The translations under genes and the position numbers were made by a program. The notes under the pieces are model-generated. The model ran no database searches. It worked only from the letters and a program-made list of their open reading frames with translations, and was not told the DNA's origin. This document shows, one piece after another, positions 58,144 through 64,000 of a stretch of 64,000 bases of DNA. The number at the start of each line of letters is the position of its first letter. Position 1 is the first letter of the stretch. Source of the DNA: Octopus sinensis (Eukaryota); NCBI RefSeq assembly GCF_006345805.1, contig NC_043015.1:3720001-3784000 (forward strand). Direction: 5' to 3'.

Positions 58144-58694
58144 AACAGTAGTAGTAGTAGTAGTAGTAGTAGGTATTTTCATATTTCTTTTTCCCGTACA
58201 CCTAATACCCCTCCTTTCCAATCGGCATCAATTGATTTCCTGGCAGCAGCACTGACTGATGTTTCCCAAACCAAATTTTCTGTACCGTAGGGCATAAATC
58301 TATCAGCTGCCTGTTATTTTTCCTGTCGTAGAACATTAAAGATATCTCTATATCTCCTTCATCGAAAGAACAATTAATTTTGAAGGTAGTAACATGAACC
58401 ATCGGAACCGATGCATCTTTCTGCTAATGTTTTTCAATAAAATTGATCTACTGAGCACAAATATTTCTCAGAATTTTCTTTTTCATTCGAAAATTATTTT
58501 AACCGAAATATTACTAGCAGTACATTGTATTCATTACAATTTAATACTGTAGTATGTATCAAATATTGTTTTCGTTCCTACAAAGTATGGCAATATACGT
58601 AGTTTCTCTTTTTTTTTAATCAGTGCATTCATTTCATTTAGCTGTAAGATGGATATGTTTTACGAAATTCTGTGCATCTATACTTTGTGTCAGC

Positions 58695-58727
<33 letters not shown>

Positions 58728-59391
58728 ATATTCTCTGAACCAGAGACGCGAGCTCTTAAATTCTGCAAGTACGCCGAGAGGTTTAAAATGTCAGCCGATA
58801 AAATACCGTAAGGGTAAAATATTTTGACTTTCGGAACATTTTAACTGTCGCATTCCAATATGACATTGCACCATATAGTAATTTTGGATTACGATACTAG
58901 TTTGAGAAAGCCTTCGACTACTTTACAAAAATATAAGCTTAGGTATCTCCGAGAAATGTTATTGTTCACTCACGCATTTAATAAAGTTGTATCAATTTTA
59001 TGTGGAATTTTCTTATTTTAACATTTTGATAACATATACACCAGACAGTTTTTTTAATAAATCTTTGCGTATATAAGTTACGCCGTATATATTTATCTTG
59101 ATGTGAAGATATGTCTCTCTAATATTCTGTCCTTTTTATTTATTTCTTTTTCTTCTTTTCTTATTTTTTCTTCGCCCTCCTCCGTCATTCTCTTATTTTT
59201 CCATGTATTTCGTCTATATCAGCTAAATTGTATAAGCATACGCTAGAAGGTTTTGTGTAAATGCGTATGTGCACGTGCATTCATATGTATAAATTTGTAT
59301 ATATTTATGTTTTGCCTACATATGTCTGGATATGTATGTAGCCATGTACCTACGTCTCCCCCCTCTCTCTCTCTCTTTATATATATATGTA

Positions 59392-59461
<70 letters not shown>

Positions 59462-60024
59462 GAGTGGACTGTTGGCAAGTTTTCCGTATTTTTTTCTTTT
59501 TTCTCATTGGATTTTCCTCCTTGCGACGAAGAATAATACTCGAAATCTTAAAGGCTTCTTCTTTCAGTTAATGTCTAATTAATGTATTGCTTCTTAAGTC
59601 CCCATGTTTTCTATTTTTCTGTTTTTCGTTATGTGAACTGATTATATATATAAATATATATATATGCCAACTTGTGATACCAGTCTCAGGTGTCCCGCTG
59701 AGCTTTGCGTTTATAAGGTAGGATAAATAAAATAATAAGAATAATAACACTTGGTTTGACTTTATTAATACTGTAATGCATCGCTTCCACAGATCAGGTA
59801 TACCTTGAAATCATATTCCGTATTCCCCGGATGATTATAGTACAGTCTGTATTATTCATGGACATCGAGTAGATTATTCATTTCTTCGTGCCTCACTAAG
59901 CGTTGGTTTATCAAATTTTGGTATACATGGAAATTGTTTTGGTTACCACCGTGCATGTTGAGTATTTGGAGTCAAACACAGATGTAGCTCTTTCTCATAA
60001 CGTACATTTATTATTCGTTACAAA

Positions 60025-60210
60025 GTTTGGTACAAAACCAGCAATTTCACGGTGATCGGAAGACGATTACATGGACGTAAGTGTCCAACATCTACTTATT
60101 TTATCGACCCCAAAGGAAGATAGGCAAGTTTACTTCGACGGAATGTAAGGACAGATGGAATGCCGATATGCATCTAGCCGGGTGTGCTAAGGATTCTACA
60201 ATCTCGCTAG
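60025..60210 (-). mobile_element. SINE family C, degenerate
   Basis: TACTTATTTTATCGACCCCAAAGG...GTGTGCTAAGGATTCTACAATCTCGC. Confidence 0.65.
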
Positions 60211-60659
60211 TGGAACGTTTACTATAATTTTAATCAATTATAGCAGAAAGTAAGTCTTGAAATAATATACAACTTCGTGTAAACATAAACGGTATTTTGT
60301 TATCAGGAGATGTTCCCTATTTGTTTTTGGCGCTTAATATATTGTTTCGATAAAAACACACACCAGCGGTATACATTATTGTTCATACCATAATTGGTGT
60401 AATAGATTAATTATTTTATCTCACTCGTAAATTTATTGATTTCACAATGTTTTTTTTACATGTTATATATATATGGATTCTATTGTTGGATAAATACGAT
60501 TTCGTCTTGTTCTTCGTCTGCGCAGGCATTCTATGTTTCAGCAATTTACTGACATAGAATTGACATGAAGTGAATCATTTCACTGAAACATTTTCGATAT
60601 ATTTAAAGATTTTACTAAAAATCCTCCTAATGATGGTGAGAACGATAATAAAAATAACT

Positions 60660-60825
60660 CTTCCTACTATGGACACAAACCCTGAATTTTTTAGGTTGGT
60701 GATAAATCGATTATACTGACCCAAGTACGTAACTGGTACTTATATCAACGACACCGAAAGCGTGAAAGGAAAAGTCGACCTCGGTAGAATGTGATGTCAG
60801 AACGTAGCAACTGGCGAAATACCGA
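60660..60825 (-). mobile_element. SINE family C, partial
   Basis: ACTGACCCAAGTAC...AAAGTCGACCTCGGTAGAATGTGA...GCGAAATACCG. Confidence 0.7.
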
Positions 60826-60844
60826 TGTATGTGTGTGATATATA

Positions 60845-60925
<81 letters not shown>

Positions 60926-61064
60926 TATTTATATTTTATGAATATTCTTTAATATTCATATCTGTCGATGTGTATTATTTTATATGACCGCATTTAACTG
61001 CAATTTATAAATATATGAGTATGATTGCATAATTGCGTTGATATCTTAATTCTTAAGTATACAT

Positions 61065-62480
61065 ACATACGTCGCACCATCGTTTCCGCCTGTAATTGCC
61101 GCACTGAACACATTCCCCTATACCTCGACTGCATCCTATCCTCCTTAGTCGCTGCCCTCCCATGCCACATACATGACACCAACCACGCCCTCCGTCTCTT
61201 CAATTCCTTTTCCCTCCCTTCCAGCCCCTCAAACTTCCTCTTCACCTTAGACATAAAATCCCTTTACACTCCTCTTAGCCCTGCAATACTTCCTCGACCG
61301 TCATCCCTTCACCACCCCCAGCAGCCCCAACCTTCTCCGCCTGGCAGAGCTCGTCCTCACCCTCAACTGTTTCACGTTCGCCGGGGAAACATAGCAACAG
61401 GTGTCTTGGGTGCGAAGGGAACGATAATGGGCCCCAATTTCGCCAATCTCTTTGTTGGCTACATCGAGGCCGAAGTATTCTCGCAATTCGTCGAGGCGAC
61501 CCCAGAACTATACGGTCGCTACATAGGCGCCACCTCCCTTTCCCGCGAACAACTCTGCCACTTCATCTCTTTCCTCTCCAACTTCCACCCTCTCTCCAAT
61601 TCACTTCCACCATTCCGAATACCTCTGTTAACTTCCTTGATATCTCTCTTAGCATCGACCACCCTCTCACCACCTCCGCCTTCTTCAAACCCAAGGATTC
61701 CCACCTCTATCTCAACTTCTCCTCCCATCACTTCCACACCAAACGGGCCATCCCTACTTCCAGTTCCTCCGCCTCCGACGCTTGTGCAACCGCGACCAGG
61801 ATTTCGAGACCCAGTCTCAATACCTGGCCCGCCTGTTCATGCATCAATGATACCCATCAACCCTGGTCTTGAACGCCCTCAACCGCGCTCGTCGCATTAA
61901 CCGCACCACCACCAACCGCACCCCCTTTCCCCTCATGTTTCACCCTTCCACTCTACCCCTTCGTCGGAAGATACTACGTGCCTTCCGTCGTCTCCAGCCC
62001 GATCCCATTACACACCCCATTTTCCCAACCCACCCATGTCCTCCTTCAAACGAGCCCGGAATCTACGCGATCTCCTGGTCCGTAGCACCCTCTCTTCTTC
62101 CCCCTCAGCCCCACACGGATCCTTCCCGTGCTCCAGATCCCGCTGCTACACCTGCCACTTCATCACAAACACCACTGCTGTCACCGGTTCCAACCAGCGC
62201 ACTTTACGTATTAGACATTCTTTTACGTGCCCTTCGTCTGGTCTCATATATTGCATTAAATGCAACCTCTGCGGAATGCTGTATGTAGGACAGACGGGAC
62301 GCCGGATGGCAGACCGATTCGCCGAACATCTAAGGGATTTTCGGCTCCGTTCTAATTCTCCCGTCGCACGTCACTTCTGCTCGGCCAGCCGTTCCCCCGA
62401 TGACATCTCTGTGTTTGGTCACGCCCCACACAACGGTTCTCCACAATCCAGGCTTCATTTTCACTTTACAAACGGTTGAT
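61065..62480 (+). mobile_element. Penelope-like element (Neptune-like) RT plus GIY-YIG remnant, C-rich coding strand
   Basis: RTIVSACNCRTEHI..YLDCIL...FTLDIKSLYT; GTIMGPNFANLFVGYIE; GSFPCSRSRCYTC...SSGLIYCIKCNLCGMLYVGQTGRRMADRFAEH. Frameshifted. Confidence 0.92.
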
Positions 62481-62649
62481 TTTTCCCTTTACAGACCAAT
62501 ACCCCGCACGGACTCAACACATCCCCCTCCTCTTAGTGATTGCGCCCCACCTCCCACAACAAACAACTTTGAAAAAAATTTTTTTTTTTTGTTTATTTTT
62601 TTTTTCGTATTTCTTCCTCCCCCTTTTTTAAGTTATTGTCCTTATACAG

Positions 62650-63067
62650 GAACACATACACACACATACTCACGTATCCTCGAACACACACACTTCCAAC
62701 ACACCACACACATACATCATACATGCACCTATACGCACACATACTTCTACACATATACACACACAAAAATACACCCACCTACACACCCATACACCCCCAC
62801 GGGTATACCCCCACGCGCACACACACATATGCCCGTGCACACACACCAACAAACAATACTCATACAGATACGCACACACTTATGCACACATGGGCAGACA
62901 CACACACAAGCATACACGCACGTAAGCGCTCACACACACACAAGCACACGCATGTACATTACGCCCACACAACTCCAAACCCCCCCACACATACACGCAT
63001 ACATTCACACACATAAATACATACATACATTCATACATACATACATACATACACACACACACATACA

Positions 63068-63098
<31 letters not shown>

Positions 63099-63400
63099 TG
63101 GGTTCGCTGTATTGCAGGCTTGCGTCAGTGTATGTATGTGTGTGAGTGTGGATTCACATACACCCACACCAACTTTTTTTCCATCAATCTTTCAATTATA
63201 AAGTGTGTGCTTGCATACATATATATATATATATACATATAAACCTCTACATTTGTACACACACGCACACTTATACATTCACTCGCACGCACGTACACAC
63301 ACACGCACACACACATATATATATAAATATACAATACACGCACACACACATACACACGTACAAACACACACACCAGCACAGATGCTCACATATCACTAAC
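62650..63400. repeat. Degenerate (CA)/(CATA)/(TG)/(TA) simple-repeat tract
   Basis: Direct reading. Confidence 0.85.
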
Positions 63401-64000
63401 AGTAATACATGTATATAGTAAATGAATGTATTATTTGCGTAAGCCTGTTCTTCCAAATATAAATGATGAAATCTTATTAACTACTGAATGCTATAGCAGA
63501 GTCGCCTGCAATTAGATGAAGTTATAGAAAGCTGGGGAAAATGTATGGTCAACATTAAACATAAAACTAAAATGCCTGATATGGAATAATCAATGTCATT
63601 TGTAAGAATGTTCGACCTTTCAGTGATAATATGAATTAAACATCACTTCGAAGCTCATAAATTTACTATGTTACTGCCTATCCTAGAAGGCAACATTTCA
63701 TAAACAAATCGACTTCTCTTACGTGTGAGCTGGTTTAAATCTCAGTTCAATACTGGCTTGATATTTTACTATGACTGACGCATATATATTCATTGATCGA
63801 AACTTTGTAAGATAAATGCCAATTTTACTTCCAATAGTCGCTACTGCCAGTGTAATAACACCTGATTTCAATAATATGATTAACTACAAGCAAGCCACAT
63901 TAAACACTTTGTTATAGTGAATAACATCTTTGATTATAATTGTAAAGCAGAAACAGACATCACAAAGTTTCGGATGTATGGCTGATTATTAATAATAACA

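Noticed and set aside
62400-63242. 280-aa His/Thr-rich ORF
   Set aside because: Lies over CA-rich simple repeats.

Overview
AT-rich, microsatellite-dense eukaryotic intergenic or intronic DNA with no host protein-coding gene that I can support. The SINE and microsatellite content suggests a cephalopod (octopus-like) genome; this is inference only. The window is almost entirely mobile-element debris: (i) at least nine R4/Dong-clade LINE copies or fragments (RT plus restriction-like endonuclease), most of them piled into (AAT)n tracts, together with a recurrent ~555-bp non-coding element and a Tx1-type LINE fragment; (ii) Penelope-like elements (PLEs; RT plus GIY-YIG); (iii) tRNA-derived SINEs; (iv) Tc1, piggyBac, pogo-like and Helitron-like remnants and MITE-like fold-backs. 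The most interesting signal is a set of hand-foldable type I hammerhead ribozymes (about 5.1-5.3, 13.8, 20.2, 22.8, 23.35, 50.4 and 52.2 kb). Most lie in elements next to (TA)n tracts that carry a 5' fold-back. Two of these elements have no ORF and look like retrozymes: a 557-bp head-to-tail dimer (22.6-23.7 kb) and a ~481-bp terminally redundant monomer (13.5-14.0 kb). Both are candidate circular-RNA-forming non-autonomous elements. All ribozyme folds were done by eye, and family names come from motif recognition, not database searches.
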